NCBI RefSeq assembly: GCF_009914755.1
Contig: NC_060931.1
Length of the DNA: 64,000 nucleotides
Direction: 5' to 3' (one strand)
DNA from: the human T2T-CHM13v2.0 reference genome, Homo sapiens
A model generated the notes under the pieces. The model had not been told where the DNA came from. It ran no database searches and saw only the letters and a list, made by a program, of their open reading frames with translations. The translations under genes and the position numbers were made by a program. Positions 63,025 through 64,000 of the stretch are shown one piece after another; positions within the stretch are counted from its first letter, which is position 1; every line of letters starts with the position of its first letter.

Positions 63025-64000
63025 ACTCTGCTTGTTATGTCTGCAAGTGGATATTTGGACCTCTTTGAGGCCTTCGTTGCAAACAGGGTTTCTTCTTTAA
63101 TGCTAGACTAAGAAGAGTTCTCAGTAACTTTTTTGTGTTGTGTGTATTCAACTCACAGAGTTGAACCTTGCTTTAGAGAGAGCAGATTTGAAACACTCTG
63201 GCTGTGGCATTTTCAGGTGGAGATTTCAAGCGATTTGAGGACAATTGCAGAAACGGAAATATCTTCGTATAATAACCAGACAGAATCATTCTCAGAAAGT
63301 GCTTTGTGATGTGTGCGTTCAACTCACAGAGTTTAACCTTTCTTTTCATAGAGGAGTTTGGAAACACACTGTTTGTAAAGTCTGCAATTGGATATATGGA
63401 CCTGTTTGAGGCCTTCGTTGGAAACGGGATTTCTTCATTGAATGCTAGACGGAAGAATTCTCAGTAAATTCTTTGTATTGTGTGCATTCAACTCACAGAG
63501 TGGAACGTCCCTTTAGACAGAGCAGATTTGAAACACGCTTTTTGCGGAATTTGCAAGTGGAGATTTCTAGCCATTTGATGCCAACAGTAGAAAGGGAAAT
63601 ATCTTCAAATAAAAACCAGACAGAATCATTCTCAGAAAATTCTTTGTGATGTGTGCGTTCAACTCACATAGTTTAACCTTTCTTTTCATAGAGCAGTTTG
63701 GAAACACTCTGTTTGTAAAGTCTGCAAGTGGATATATGGACCGCATTGAGGCCTTCGTTGGAAACGGGATTTCTTCATTTCATGCTAGACAGAAGAATTC
63801 TCAGTAACTTCTTTGTGCTGTGTGTATTCAACTCACAGAGTGGAACGTCCCTTTACACAGAGCAGATTTGAAACACTCTTTTTGTGGAGTTTGCAAGTGG
63901 AGATTTCAAGCGATTTGATGCCAACAGTAGAAAAGGAAATATCTTCAAATAAAAACTAGACAGAATCATTCTCAGAAACTACTTTGTGATGTGTGCCTTT
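63025..64000 (+). repeat. Last, truncated HOR copy carrying a 1-bp deletion
   Basis: tcttctttaatg at 63091-63102 versus tcttcctttaatg in sister copies; the ORF period here is 1021 (62152 to 63173). Confidence 0.9.

Larger units (their letters stand above)
1..64000 (+). repeat. Alpha-satellite higher-order repeat array (1022-bp 6-mer, SF1 dimeric type), about 63 HOR copies and about 376 monomers
   Basis: Hallmark alpha-satellite motifs recur every ~170 bp (cattctcagaaa, ttcaactcacagag, ttgaaacactct, tgcaagtgga). The same ORF recurs at 150, 1172, 2194 ... 18546 in 1022-bp steps, then one 682-bp step, then 1022-bp steps to 62152 and one 1021-bp step to 63173. No interruption or change of orientation. 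Confidence 0.99.
1..64000. other. D7Z1: Probable identity: human chromosome 7 live centromeric array D7Z1 (S1C7H1L)
   Basis: SF1-type 6-mer of ~1.02 kb. EcoRI sites (gaattc) at 432, 772, 1454 give 340+682 bp fragments, and the third dimer has gagttc instead. This matches the known D7Z1 EcoRI dimer-plus-tetramer organisation. Assigned from recalled family properties, not from a database search. Confidence 0.85.

Noticed and set aside
150-63367. About 190 short ORFs of 64-90 aa on both strands
   Set aside because: They recur at the HOR period, mostly rely on GTG/TTG or incidental starts, and appear or vanish with single SNVs. They are the well-known spurious translations of alpha satellite, with no gene structure.
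1-64000. CRISPR-like regularly spaced conserved motifs
   Set aside because: The intervening sequences are themselves repeated rather than unique spacers, there are no cas genes, and the motifs are CENP-B boxes and other alpha-satellite blocks.
1-64000. L1/Alu insertion, inversion or non-satellite island
   Set aside because: The 1022-bp register is unbroken apart from the -340 and -1 events. I saw no poly-A tails, target-site duplications or strand switches.
1-64000. A previously undescribed biological system
   Set aside because: Everything visible is explained by a known centromeric satellite family and its turnover. Any novelty is limited to the specific variants and duplication history reported.

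Overview
The entire 64 kb is one uninterrupted, single-orientation, head-to-tail array of centromeric alpha-satellite DNA. The unit is a 1022-bp six-monomer higher-order repeat (HOR), present in about 63 copies, built from three dimers of 340, 340 and 342 bp. A CENP-B box lies in every second monomer, the layout of suprachromosomal family 1 (J1/J2 dimers). The 6-mer size and the 340+682 bp EcoRI pattern best fit human chromosome 7 D7Z1 (S1C7H1L). I see no genes, RNA genes, transposon insertions, inversions or CRISPR arrays; all listed ORFs are by-products of the repeat. I found no new protein-based system. The informative structure is in the variants, which I read by eye. They include one 4-mer HOR with a breakpoint mapped to 13 bp (18728-18740), one 1-bp deletion, and nested multi-HOR periodicities of 2044, 3066, 4088 and 6132 bp. 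There is also a duplicated block about 20.4 kb apart, 15 of about 188 CENP-B boxes disrupted in lineage-specific ways, and a divergent tract in four copies. In that tract a 5-substitution cluster creates a perfect 6-bp inverted repeat next to a CENP-B box.
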